IMG/VR virus record: IMGVR_UViG_3300034104_004763
DNA: 64,000 bases
From: an uncultured virus (IMG/VR IMGVR_UViG_3300034104_004763)
Lineage: Duplodnaviria > Heunggongvirae > Uroviricota > Caudoviricetes
Strand: one strand, 5' to 3'
Each line of letters opens with the position of its first letter. Positions within the stretch are counted from its first letter, which is position 1. Of the stretch, positions 1 to 10,276 are shown piece after piece. The notes beneath the pieces are model-generated. The model did not search any database. It saw only the letters and a list, made by a program, of their open reading frames with translations, and had not been told where the DNA came from. A program made the translations under genes and the position numbers.

Positions 1-1
1 A

Positions 2-391
2 TATAGCGCCGAGGATTTAGGATCTGGATTAGTTCTTTACGGAGAGATTTATGGAGCAGGAATTCAAAAGAACTATGAATATGGTTTAACTGACATTAAG
101 TTTACTGGGTTTGATATTACAGTAAATGGAAAATACTTAGCACCAGAAACAACTCACTTAGTTACTTCTTGTGAATTAGAACTTTCTCATGTAGAAGTTT
201 TATATGAAGGAAAATGGAATCAAGAAATTCAAGATAAATTTGTATTCAACAACTTTATTGCAGGGACTAAAGTACCACATGAAGGAATCGTAATCAAACA
301 CATCTCAGGTGAAAGAAACAAAGTAGCAAAGGTAATCAATCCAGACTACTTAATCTATGGAGAAAAGAATGATGTAGGAGATTCACATTAA
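2..391 (+). CDS. RNA ligase, Rnl2-type (5'-truncated by window edge)
   Basis: Manual translation in frame 2 gives ...LVLYGEIYGAGIQKNYEYG...FTGFDI...HEGIVIK...KVINPDYL...GDSH*, matching nucleotidyltransferase motifs III-V of Rnl2-like ligases. Confidence 0.8.
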   Translation, partial: YSAEDLGSGLVLYGEIYGAGIQKNYEYGLTDIKFTGFDITVNGKYLAPETTHLVTSCELELSHVEVLYEGKWNQEIQDKFVFNNFIAGTKVPHEGIVIKHISGERNKVAKVINPDYLIYGEKNDVGDSH

Positions 392-403
392 AAATAATTG
401 ATA

Positions 404-440
404 AAAGGCTTGCTTAGGCAAGCTTTTTTTCGTATATTTA
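404..440 (+). promoter_or_regulatory. Fused terminator hairpin and early-type promoter (CGTATATTTA)
   Basis: Hairpin GCTTGC-TTAG-GCAAGC plus T-tract directly followed by CGTATATTTA; the motif recurs about 30 times in the window. Confidence 0.7.
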
Positions 441-619
441 AGTATTAAAATAAAAGTTATGAGAGGTAAAAGAACATGGTGTGAAGATATTTCACCAACC
501 CTAAAATCAATTCGTTCACACAAAAATCATGGTAAAATCATGACTATAAACGAAAAACAATATGAATGTATAGGTGGTGATATATTCATAAATATCAAAA
601 CAAACCGTATAGAAAAACT

Positions 620-1003
620 ATGAAAAAATTATTATTATTACTGATATTAGTTACTCAAGTAACATTCAGCCAAGAAAGAAAGTACTCTTTTGAGTGCAGA
701 GAGAATAGAACACCAACTGGATGGGTAGCAGTAGATACTCCAGGTGATGTAATTATCTACGAAGATAGATATAGTCATACAGTTACTATTATAACTGACA
801 CTAAGCATGAACATCTGTATGTTAAGTCAAGACAATTGTTTATAAGACAAGATACTTTGCTATATACATTAGTTGATGAGGATTATAATGAATGTAGTTT
901 AAGAGTAGTTGTATTAGAGACATTAGACAATCTAGAACTATATTACTATTCAGATAGAGTAGAAGAAAAGTATTATAGGTTGATCTTAAAAAAATGTGAG
1001 TAA
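620..1003 (+). CDS. Hypothetical protein with signal peptide
   Basis: MKKLLLLLILVTQVTFSQ N-terminus. Confidence 0.6.
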   Translation: MKKLLLLLILVTQVTFSQERKYSFECRENRTPTGWVAVDTPGDVIIYEDRYSHTVTIITDTKHEHLYVKSRQLFIRQDTLLYTLVDEDYNECSLRVVVLETLDNLELYYYSDRVEEKYYRLILKKCE

Positions 1004-1062
1004 AAAGTTGCTTAAGTGCAATTTTTTGCTTATATTTAGGTATTAATTTAAAAACAAAGGTT

Positions 1063-1626
1063 ATGTATTACAAATTTAATAAAGAAACGCTTGACTTTGA
1101 AAAAACAAAACTTAGCGATAAATCGCTAATAGGTTTAGGAGCAGTGGTAGGATTGCTATTAATATTTGGATTTACTACTAATCCGGCCAACAATGTGAAA
1201 AATCTTTCACAAGAAGAGAAACTAATTGTCATTAGAGAATACAATGAATTCTCAGAGGCAAAGTTAATTAACAAGATCAAAGAGTTAAATTTTAGATTTC
1301 CTCACATTATCTTAGCTCAATCGTACCAAGAGACAGGACATTACAAATCAGGTATCTTTTTAGAGAATAATAACTTATTTGGAATGAAAGAAGCTAAATT
1401 AAGATCTAATTTAGCAAAAGGAACAAATAGGGGGCATGCTTATTATGCAACATGGCAAGAATCAGTAATAGATTATGCTTTGTACTACTCAACATATCTT
1501 ACAGATATTAAAACTGAAGGAGAGTATTTTGAGTACTTAAAACAGAACTATGCTGAGGATCCAACATACGTCCAGAGATTGAAAGCATTAATTAGTAAAA
1601 GAGATTTAAAAAGTAAATTCAATTAG
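1063..1626 (+). CDS. Glucosaminidase (GH73-like) peptidoglycan hydrolase with N-terminal TM segment
   Basis: LAQSYQETG...NNLFGMK...YAEDPTY motifs. Confidence 0.8.
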   Translation: MYYKFNKETLDFEKTKLSDKSLIGLGAVVGLLLIFGFTTNPANNVKNLSQEEKLIVIREYNEFSEAKLINKIKELNFRFPHIILAQSYQETGHYKSGIFLENNNLFGMKEAKLRSNLAKGTNRGHAYYATWQESVIDYALYYSTYLTDIKTEGEYFEYLKQNYAEDPTYVQRLKALISKRDLKSKFN

Positions 1627-1628
1627 TT

Positions 1629-2255
1629 ATGAAAAACATACACGTATTACCAACAGACAAACCAAGTAGGTTAATAATTTATTCAACTCTATTAAATCAT
1701 TTTAGATTGCTAGATGAGCCTATTCAAGATTGGAAACACAAAAGACACATCCACATCACTAATGATGAAGAAATTAAAGAAGGAGGTTATGTTTTTTGGG
1801 AAGGTAAAATATACAAATATAGAGATTTTATGAAAATGAGAACTCCTGTGTATACTGACTATTTTTCAATCATCCTAACAACAGATACAGACCTTATCAA
1901 AGATGGCGTACAAGCTATTGATGATGAGTTTTTAGAATGGTTTGTTAAGAATCCAAGCTGTGAGTTTGTAAATATTAGACCATTTAAAAAATTTGAAGGA
2001 GAAAATGAAGTTGAGCCAATTTACAAAATAATCATTCCAAAAGAAGAACCTAAACAAACTGATTGGAAAGAATCTACTAAGGCTTTAATGGAAGCTTATG
2101 GAGATAATCCAAAAGATTTTCCTTATGAAGAACCTAAACAAGAACAAAACAAGAATAAGTATAGTGAGGAAGAAGTATTAACAATGCTATTAGATTGTAG
2201 AAGTGAAAATCCAATAGATGTAAATAAATGGTTTGAACAATTTAAAAAGAAATAA
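1629..2255 (+). CDS. Hypothetical phage protein
   Basis: 208-aa ORF with typical GTTATG start context. Confidence 0.6.
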   Translation: MKNIHVLPTDKPSRLIIYSTLLNHFRLLDEPIQDWKHKRHIHITNDEEIKEGGYVFWEGKIYKYRDFMKMRTPVYTDYFSIILTTDTDLIKDGVQAIDDEFLEWFVKNPSCEFVNIRPFKKFEGENEVEPIYKIIIPKEEPKQTDWKESTKALMEAYGDNPKDFPYEEPKQEQNKNKYSEEEVLTMLLDCRSENPIDVNKWFEQFKKK

Positions 2256-2258
2256 GTT

Positions 2259-2465
2259 ATGCAACATTCAGTAAGAGAAATAGGTAAAAGGTACGCTGAA
2301 CTATCAGCATTAAGGAATGATAAAAAATTATTCAAGGCTGATGATTTTATTAATTTTGCAAAAGAGAATACTAAAAAATACTCAATTATTGAGAATGGTA
2401 ATGACTTATTAGTAAGTACTTGGTATTCTGATGAGCTTGTAGAAGCTTATCGACGAACAATTTAA
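2259..2465 (+). CDS. Small hypothetical protein flanked by 22-bp direct repeats
   Basis: GAACAATTTAAAAAGAAATAAG at 2235-2256 and 2455-2476. Confidence 0.6.
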   Translation: MQHSVREIGKRYAELSALRNDKKLFKADDFINFAKENTKKYSIIENGNDLLVSTWYSDELVEAYRRTI

Positions 2466-2478
2466 AAAGAAATAAGAT

Positions 2479-3096
2479 ATGGAAGATTTTTTTGAAGATT
2501 TGAAAAATAGACCAAGACCAAACATATTCAGGAGAATTTGGCTTTGGTGGAAACATGACGGAAAATACCTACATAAAGAAATTAAATGGGGTATTCAAAA
2601 CCTTATATATTGGTTGCCAATTATTTGGAAAGATAGAAACTGGGATGGCCATTATATCTTTGAAGTACTAAAGCATAAGCTAAAAGCACAAGCAAAACAT
2701 ATTGGAGATAATGATCGCCATACTCGAGCACAACAAGATGCCAAAAGAATGAGATTATGTGTCAAGCTAATCCAGAAAGTACAGGACGAGGATTATGCAA
2801 TGGAGTATATGGATTATCATAAGGACAGAGTTTGGTTCACACCTTGCGAAGACAGAGAAGGATCTTCCCTATACAACTCAGAAGAAGTATGGGAAAAGTA
2901 TGATGAGTTGTTTAAAAAGTATAAACTAATATATCGAAAAGTGTTAAGAGGAGCAGGCCCATTTACTTTGAATGGTAGAGATGAGGCTGATATGAAAAGA
3001 ATTATAGCTATGAATATTAGCCATTTGAACCAGCAACGAGCTCAAGATCTTTTATTTAAAATCATAAATGAGAATATAAATCGCTGGTGGGATTAG
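2479..3096 (+). CDS. Hypothetical phage protein
   Basis: 205-aa ORF with WKDRNWD and terminal WWD motifs. Confidence 0.6.
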   Translation: MEDFFEDLKNRPRPNIFRRIWLWWKHDGKYLHKEIKWGIQNLIYWLPIIWKDRNWDGHYIFEVLKHKLKAQAKHIGDNDRHTRAQQDAKRMRLCVKLIQKVQDEDYAMEYMDYHKDRVWFTPCEDREGSSLYNSEEVWEKYDELFKKYKLIYRKVLRGAGPFTLNGRDEADMKRIIAMNISHLNQQRAQDLLFKIINENINRWWD

Positions 3097-3146
3097 TTGG
3101 AAGATTAAAATATTTTTCGTATATTTAAGTATTAAAATAAAAGGCA

Positions 3147-3581
3147 ATGAAAAAAAGAATATATTTAGACGATGTAAGAACACCAGTATCACCAAACAAT
3201 GAATGGGTAGAAGGAATTCCAGAGTGGACTGTTGTTCGTTCTTATGATGAATTTGTAAGTAAGGTAACTGAAATTGGATTAGAAAATATTGAAATAATAT
3301 CATTAGATCACGATTTAGGACCTTCAGCAATGGCTGAATGGCATTCAAATGTATATCACAATTACGAATTAAATTATGATAATATTCAGGAGAAAACTGG
3401 AATGGATTGCACAAAATGGTTGGTTAATCAATGGTTGGATGGAGCTCCTTATGTGCAAGTAAACGTTCATTCGGCTAATGCGGTAGGAGCAAGTAATATG
3501 TTAGGATTAATTTGGAATTACTGCCATATCCATAGAATACCTCAGAATAGCGTAAGATGGCGGGTACCTCATACTGTTTAG
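3147..3581 (+). CDS. Cyclic-phosphate-processing receiver-like domain protein
   Basis: IYLDDVRTP...VRSYDEF...ISLDHDLG...KTGMDC...VHSAN motifs. Confidence 0.75.
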   Translation: MKKRIYLDDVRTPVSPNNEWVEGIPEWTVVRSYDEFVSKVTEIGLENIEIISLDHDLGPSAMAEWHSNVYHNYELNYDNIQEKTGMDCTKWLVNQWLDGAPYVQVNVHSANAVGASNMLGLIWNYCHIHRIPQNSVRWRVPHTV

Positions 3582-3663
3582 TAATTAAATAGGATTAGTA
3601 AATATTCTGGGAATAAAATGTAAACTTTTTATAATTTTATGATATTTATAATAAACGAATATT

Positions 3664-4503
3664 ATGAATTACAAAAGAATTTACAATTCGATAGTTGAAA
3701 ATGCTAATAAACAGAATCGAAAAAAGAAAGCAGGAGTTTTATATGAGCGTCATCATATAATACCAAAAAGTATAGGAGGGAGTAATAATAGAGATAATTT
3801 AGTCTTACTTACACCTAAGGAACATTACATATGTCATAGATTATTAGTTGAGATACATAAAGGAACTCCTAATGAAAACAAGATGTATTACGCTATGTGG
3901 TGTATGATTAATGGAGTTGGTAATCAAAAAAGGTATGCTACTAGCTCCCGAATTTTTACTAAGCTAAGAGAGGAGTTTATAAAAACATATACAGTTAATA
4001 GGTACGATACTAGAAAAGCTATAGAACAATATGATCTAAATGGAAACTATATTACATTTTTTGATTCTGCTAAAACAGCATCTGAATTATTAAAGATAAG
4101 TAGAGGAACTATAGAAAATTGTGCTAGAGGAGAATGTAAAACTGCAGGAGGTTTTAATTGGAAATATCTAAATAGTGATAAACAGATTACTGAGGTTACT
4201 TTTGAAAAAGCAGGAGTAAAAAAGGGAAACATTCCTTGGAGTAAGGGACTAAAATTTACCCCAGGATCTCGAAATATAGAATATAAAAAAGTACATAAAT
4301 ATACCTTAGAAGGTATTTTCTTAGAGGAATATGAAACTATAAACTTAGCAGCACAGAATGTAAGTGTAAGTAGAGGAGCTATTGAAAATTGTTGTTTAGG
4401 GAAATGTAAAACTGCAGGAGGTTTTAATTGGAAATACCAAGGAAGCTCTAAAGAAATATTAAAAGTCACATACGAAAAAGCAGGAAGAAAACCAGTAAAA
4501 TAA
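3664..4503 (+). mobile_element. Free-standing HNH homing endonuclease with two NUMOD1-like repeats
   Basis: ERHHIIPKSIGGSN..NLVLLTPKEHYICHRLL; duplicated ~90-aa unit ending CKTAGGFNWKY (identical 34 nt at 4133-4166 and 4403-4436). Confidence 0.85.
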
Positions 4504-4898
4504 AAACAATTATGAAAAAAGTTAAAGCATTTTTTGATGCAACAGGAGCATTCTTTCTTTGGTGTTGGAAATATCCAACTACACCAATTGAGAATTTTCA
4601 AGATGCACGATGTAAGTATCAATTCCAAACTGACCCTGAAATATTTAAAGAACTCAGAGAATTAATAAGACAACATGACACTAAAAGAAAAAATAACAGA
4701 TGAGTATATCTGGACTACTGAACCTATAATGGATGCAGAAGAAGTTTCTGAATCAGTAGATAAAATGATAGTAATAGCAGAAGAATTTGCTATTAATTTT
4801 GCTAATTGGTATGAGTTTATGTTAAGGCAATCAGATAATCTTAACGAAAGATTTACTCCAAAAGAATTAATTGAAATGTTTAAAAAAGAAAAAGGATT

Positions 4899-5522
4899 AT
4901 GACACTAAAAAATAGAATAAAGTATTTTATAAAGGATCTAGATTTCCTAAGAGCATATAACTCTCCATTCAAAGCACCAAGACTAAAATGGTATTGTGGA
5001 AAAATTGCCTTAGGAACTCCTTATTTCTTTCCTAGAAAGTGGGTTAAAGCAACCCCAGAAAGAGCTCATGAAGCTACATTGAAATATATAAAGGAAACTG
5101 AAGATTTTAATAAACGTAATCCTGAATATACTCGTAAGGTAAGACCTTATAATGAGATATTTGCAGATAAAATGCAATGCTCATATGCTGTACCTAAAAA
5201 AATAGGATTTGATTTTGTTAGACTTGGTTGGAAGACTAAATGGAGAAGTGATGACTACAGATTTGAATGGAGTCCAATGATTTCATTTGTATTTTTTAAA
5301 TGGCAAATAGCTGTAACATTTGTAGCACCCCACCTAGACCATTATTGGGAATGCTGGTTGTATTATACAAGAGAAACAAAACATATAGCAAAAACAACAG
5401 AAGCAAGATTAGCACTTTGTAGAAAAAAAGCACCATGTACTTGGACTAGTCATAATAGTGATGGTACAAAAGAGACAATAGATTATTACAAATTAATTTT
5501 AAAAAAGAAATGGATATGGTAG
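4899..5522 (+). CDS. Hypothetical protein
   Basis: 207-aa ORF in co-oriented cluster. Confidence 0.55.
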   Translation: MTLKNRIKYFIKDLDFLRAYNSPFKAPRLKWYCGKIALGTPYFFPRKWVKATPERAHEATLKYIKETEDFNKRNPEYTRKVRPYNEIFADKMQCSYAVPKKIGFDFVRLGWKTKWRSDDYRFEWSPMISFVFFKWQIAVTFVAPHLDHYWECWLYYTRETKHIAKTTEARLALCRKKAPCTWTSHNSDGTKETIDYYKLILKKKWIW

Positions 5523-5875
5523 GAGGAGCACAACCAAAAGTACTATTATCTCAAGCAGAGGATGGTACTTTACATTTAGATAAAATGTTTGAACAGATAT
5601 TTGGAAACCCAGAAGAACACAAATACAAATTAGTAAGAGAAAGAGATGGTTTAACAAAAACATCTAAAGATATAAAATGGTTAGAGTTTGATGAGGATGG
5701 AAGATATAAAGCAGACTATCCAGAAGTAGCAGTTGGAAGAAGTTTAATCATGTCTCCATTTGGTCCTTCATTTACCTGGCAATGTACCCTTACTACTGAA
5801 ATAATTAAACAAAAAGAAGGTTACATTAAGTTCAAAACAGAAAATAGTACTTACGAGCTTTTTACTCTTAGTTAA
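5510..5875 (+). CDS. Hypothetical protein (host of the HNH insertion)
   Basis: 121-aa ORF ending FKTENSTYELFTLS. Confidence 0.6.
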   Translation: MDMVGGAQPKVLLSQAEDGTLHLDKMFEQIFGNPEEHKYKLVRERDGLTKTSKDIKWLEFDEDGRYKADYPEVAVGRSLIMSPFGPSFTWQCTLTTEIIKQKEGYIKFKTENSTYELFTLS

Positions 5876-5975
5876 TATTTATTGTTGCCTAGTCGAGGAG
5901 GTAAACAAGATATTAAAATACATACCCAAGCATTAGTAAGGACCTCGACCCTGAAAGTGCCTTGGGTTTTTTATT
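5875..5975 (+). promoter_or_regulatory. Structured 5' leader (terminator hairpin plus pseudoknot-like pairing) upstream of HNH gene
   Basis: GTCGAGG (5892-98) pairs with CCTCGAC (5943-49); ACCCAAG (5924-30) pairs with CTTGGGT (5961-67), followed by a T-tract. Confidence 0.6.
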
Positions 5976-6533
5976 ATGAAAAAATGTTCAAAATGTAAGA
6001 TTGAAAAGTCTAAGATCTTATTTGGTAAAAATCAAGGATATTGTAAAGAATGTAGAAGTATAATTGATAAAGAAAAAAGACTAAATAATCCCCAATATTT
6101 TAAAGATTGGTGGGTAAATAATAGGGATAAGAAAAGAGAATATCATTTAAATGATAAATCTAAAAGACATCATGTCCATAAATGGCGCGACTTATTATCC
6201 AACACTCTACAACAACTACATACTTCAAAATCCACAACTACCCAAGAATCATTAAAGTACTCAGCCTTAGAGTTAAAAGAGCATTTAGATAGATTAGGAA
6301 TGGATTGGAAAAATGATCATATTGATCATAAAATTCCTGTAAGTTGGTTTAATCCCTTAACCCCACCACACATTGTAAATGATTTAAGAAATTTACAACC
6401 TTTAAGTGGAGAAGAAAATAGAATTAAATTAAATAGATTTGGAACCCCAATAGAAAGTTCGTATATTATTATTATAAAAGAATATATTAAAAAAGAATAT
6501 TTAAACAATAACTACGAATTATTTAAACTTTAG
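5976..6533 (+). mobile_element. HNH endonuclease with N-terminal Zn finger (homing-endonuclease-like)
   Basis: CSKC...CKEC; HIDHKIPVSWF...NLQPLSGEENRIK. Confidence 0.8.
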
Positions 6534-6848
6534 ATTATGATTTGGATTATACTATTATTCACTTACATTATACCTACGATACTTACTATAGTAACTATAT
6601 ACCATAAGTCAAACGAAGTAACTCGTGGAGATTTAATTGGGATAATTTTAATATCACTAGTACCTCTATTTAACTTTTTTGCTGGATATATAGGAGGATT
6701 AATAGCTTTATGTGAATCAAAATCAATTAATGACTTTTTTAATAAAAGAATAAAATGAAATACGTTTTAATATTAGCAGCTTATGAATTGATAAGATCCA
6801 AAGTAATTTGGTTGTGGTATTACTTAATAAAAAAAGGAGGAGAATAAA

Positions 6849-7553
6849 ATGAGAATAACAGTAATTTCCGATACACATACAAAACATGGATTGATTCCCC
6901 TTACAGATTTACCTGGAGGAGACCTTCTCATTCACTCGGGAGACATAATGAACTCAGGGTACAATAAAAATGATATCTTAGATTTCTGTACTTGGTTTCA
7001 TTCACTTGAGCAATATGATAAAAAAATATTCATAGCAGGTAATCATGATCGTATGTTTGAAAATCATCCTGAAGCAGTAGAGGAATTATTAAACATATAT
7101 TTGGATATTGATTATCTTCAAGATGAAGGATATGATTTATATGACTTGGATACTGATACAAGTACTAAGATTTATGGTTCACCTTGGCAACCTGAATTTT
7201 ATTCTTGGGCATTCAATTTACCAAAAAATGGAATAGAGTTGGCCGGTAAGTGGGAAGCAATTCCTGACAATACAGACATTCTTATCACGCATGGTCCAGC
7301 TTTTGGTACTTTAGATACAGTAGCAGGAAGACCTTGGGATAATTTAGGATGCGAGTTATTAGCTCAACGTATTAATCAAATCCGACCTAAGATTCACATC
7401 TGCGGCCATATCCATAGTGGTAGAGGTTATGAGTTTAAAAATGGTATACACTTCTTCAATGCAGCAGTATTGGATGAGCAGTATGAGTATACTCAAAAGC
7501 CAATGACCTTTGATTGGGATAAGGATACAAATACAATAGAATTTGTAAAATAA
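6849..7553 (+). CDS. Metallophosphoesterase (calcineurin-like)
   Basis: SDTH, HSGD, AGNHD, THGP and GHIH motifs. Confidence 0.9.
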   Translation: MRITVISDTHTKHGLIPLTDLPGGDLLIHSGDIMNSGYNKNDILDFCTWFHSLEQYDKKIFIAGNHDRMFENHPEAVEELLNIYLDIDYLQDEGYDLYDLDTDTSTKIYGSPWQPEFYSWAFNLPKNGIELAGKWEAIPDNTDILITHGPAFGTLDTVAGRPWDNLGCELLAQRINQIRPKIHICGHIHSGRGYEFKNGIHFFNAAVLDEQYEYTQKPMTFDWDKDTNTIEFVK

Positions 7554-7620
7554 ATGGAAAAAGGCTTGCTTATGTGAGTCTTTTTTCGTATATTTAAGTA
7601 TAATTAAAAAGATAAAGGTT

Positions 7621-7854
7621 ATAGAAGAACAAGGAATTATTTTAGAACGAGCAACGTTTGAATTCTCACAAGATGGGAATTGCATTTCAGCATCAGATCA
7701 ATACGAATCTCTAACAATTGAATGTGAATCAGATTTAGGTATTGATAGAACTGAAGGATGTTTTTATGTTTTAAAAACAGAGAAATGGTCAATAAGTGAT
7801 GAGAATGATCTAAAAAAATTATTCGATAGAATACAAAAAGTAATTAAAAAATAA
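7621..7854 (+). CDS. 77-aa hypothetical protein with apparent ATA start (not in ORF track)
   Basis: Open frame (I)EEQGIILERATFEFSQDGNC...VIKK* directly after a promoter and AAAGATAAAGGTT initiation context. Confidence 0.55.
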   Translation: MEEQGIILERATFEFSQDGNCISASDQYESLTIECESDLGIDRTEGCFYVLKTEKWSISDENDLKKLFDRIQKVIKK

Positions 7855-7859
7855 AGGTT

Positions 7860-8216
7860 ATGTTTAAAAAATTATTCAAGTACACACCAACACCTCAAGA
7901 GCAACAATTCATAGATATTGTTACTAAACTATTAGAACATCCTAAAACATCATTAAGGATGACACCATTATCAAATAAGTATTTTCTTATTAACGAACAA
8001 AAACATTACTACATTTTATTAAAAGAGAATGGAATTCAAGTCACAAACACAAAATTCTCTTTTGCAAAATCTATACATCCTAAAGCGTATGATAAGATTA
8101 TAGAAACTATTCACGCACATATTGAAACAGACAGACAAGCATTAGAGGAAAAACTATTCAAAAATGAAACACAAATGCTGGATCAAGTAAGAACTAAATT
8201 AGAATCAACTATATAA
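7860..8216 (+). CDS. Hypothetical protein
   Basis: 118-aa ORF with canonical initiation context. Confidence 0.55.
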   Translation: MFKKLFKYTPTPQEQQFIDIVTKLLEHPKTSLRMTPLSNKYFLINEQKHYYILLKENGIQVTNTKFSFAKSIHPKAYDKIIETIHAHIETDRQALEEKLFKNETQMLDQVRTKLESTI

Positions 8217-8648
8217 TGAAACAAATAACAAACGAGTACTTAGCATCAGCCGTTGTAAATGGTAATGAAGTGAGATTAGTAACAAGAGATAAAAGATACT
8301 TTATTCATTGGGGTGAAGAAGGTATGATAAAAGCAGTACAGGAATTACTAACACCAACAGGAAGAAAACCTTCTCAAAACTCAGCACATAAGAAATTCTT
8401 AGAAGCAATAGAAGCAGCACAGTATTTAAAATTTAGTAGACTATAATGATAACATTGGTAGATAGTAAAGACGATACTTGGTTTTGGATTTTAAAGATAA
8501 TTGCATCTTGCAAAGATATCCATCACATAAATGCTTGTGAAAGACTTATAGAAAATTATAGAATAATGTATAATGATCAACTTCTTACAAGTAAATTAAA
8601 GGCCGAATTAGAAGAAGTAATTGATGAATTAGTAATAGAGAAATATAA

Positions 8649-9803
8649 ATGAACAATCTCGATAAACAATACACAGACCTTCTTAAAACAATACTAGAAC
8701 ATGGTATTGATAAAAAAGACAGAACAGGTACAGGAACAAAAAGCATTTTTGGATACACCATCAGACATAACATGAAAGATGGGTTTCCATTGCTTACAAC
8801 AAAGAAAATGCCATTCAAAACAATCGTAACAGAACTTCTTTGGTTCTTACGAGGTGATACAAATATTAAGTATTTGGTTGATAATAATTGTCATATTTGG
8901 GATGGTGATGCTTATAAGCGGTATATTATGTTACCAAAAAAATTATCTGAAGTTGTTTCTGATGGTGAAAAATTTAATGGTAGAAATTTAACAAAAGAAG
9001 AATTCATTAACAAAATCAAAACAGATGATGAGTTTGCTGAGAAGTGGGGTGAATTAGGTCCGATTTATGGTAAGCAATGGAGAAAATGGGCTAAATTTAG
9101 TGAGAAAGTATACACTAGGGAGATTAGAGAAGTACCTGAAGGAGGTAGATTTCCTGAAACGAGAAATGTTAATTGGGTTGGAGGAAGTGAAGTCGTGTAT
9201 ATTGACCAAATCGCAAACCTAATCAACGACCTTAAAACAAATCCAGACTCAAGACGATTAATGGTTAATGCTTGGAATGTTGGAGAATTAGACCAAATGG
9301 TTCTTCCACCTTGTCATTATGGATTTCAAGTTTATACAAGAGAGTTGAGTTTAGAAGAGAGAATGGATTACTACTATTCAAACATTCTTAAAAATAAAGA
9401 TTTAGAAGAAAAAGCAAGAAAACATACAGATGAGCAAAAAATGCAATATCTACAAGTTGCAGGTGTAGGTAATAATATTCCAACCAGAGCAATCTCTTTA
9501 ATGTTTAATATGCGTTCCGTTGACACTTTTTTGGGGCTTCCATTCAATATTGCCTCTTATGGATTGTTATTGGAAATAATAGCAAAAGAAGTTAATATGG
9601 TTCCTGATCAATTGATTGGTAATTTAGGTGATACTCACTTATATTCAAATCATATTGAACAAGCGAAAGAACAAATTAGTAGAGAACCTATGAAGTTACC
9701 AACTGTACACGTTAGAGATGGTATCTTCTGTAGTTCAGTTGGAGATGTAATATTAGAAAACTATGAATCACACCCATCAATAAAAGCACCATTATCAAAT
9801 TAA
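8649..9803 (+). CDS. thyA: Thymidylate synthase
   Basis: DRTGTGT, ELLWFLRG, LGPIYGKQWR, LPPCH, RSVDTFLGLPFNIASY motifs. Confidence 0.97.
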   Translation: MNNLDKQYTDLLKTILEHGIDKKDRTGTGTKSIFGYTIRHNMKDGFPLLTTKKMPFKTIVTELLWFLRGDTNIKYLVDNNCHIWDGDAYKRYIMLPKKLSEVVSDGEKFNGRNLTKEEFINKIKTDDEFAEKWGELGPIYGKQWRKWAKFSEKVYTREIREVPEGGRFPETRNVNWVGGSEVVYIDQIANLINDLKTNPDSRRLMVNAWNVGELDQMVLPPCHYGFQVYTRELSLEERMDYYYSNILKNKDLEEKARKHTDEQKMQYLQVAGVGNNIPTRAISLMFNMRSVDTFLGLPFNIASYGLLLEIIAKEVNMVPDQLIGNLGDTHLYSNHIEQAKEQISREPMKLPTVHVRDGIFCSSVGDVILENYESHPSIKAPLSN

Positions 9804-10020
9804 AATACATTTATTATGAGGACAGAAAAAGAAATTAGAAAAAAATATGAGGAAATGTTAAAACATACCGAATTATTGATGGATAAAGTTAGAAATCCAG
9901 ATAAATATGATGATGTTAATATTGAAAATATACAGGAACATATAAATGGTGAGAATGAACAACACCATTTAAATGCGTTAATAAAATGGGTTTTAAACGA
10001 TTAAAAATAAAATAAAAACT

Positions 10021-10257
10021 ATGGAAAATTACAAAGCGGATTACTACAATCCAGAAACATTTGAAAAATCAGAAATTGAAACTAAAATACCTGTTGATTT
10101 AGTTAAGAAAGTACATCAAGACTTAGAGTGTCTAAGAGGTTATTTAGTGACACCTACCTTGATTAACCCAGACAATAAGGACTCTGTTGTGTTTGGTATT
10201 ATGGATATGAACGACAAAACATTGAAATATAAGGTAACAATCACACCCAACAATTAA
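10021..10257 (+). CDS. Hypothetical cargo protein in thyA-end insertion
   Basis: 78-aa ORF whose stop lies inside the duplicated thyA tail. Confidence 0.55.
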   Translation: MENYKADYYNPETFEKSEIETKIPVDLVKKVHQDLECLRGYLVTPTLINPDNKDSVVFGIMDMNDKTLKYKVTITPNN

Positions 10258-10276
10258 AGCACCCTTAAGTAATTAA
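10241..10276 (+). repeat. Orphan duplicate of thyA 3' end
   Basis: Encodes SHPTIKAPLSN* versus thyA SHPSIKAPLSN* (9768-9803). Confidence 0.9.

Noticed and set aside
3540..4512. Orphan tail of ORF3147 after HNH 3664
   Set aside because: No recognisable duplicate of ...VPHTV* after the endonuclease.
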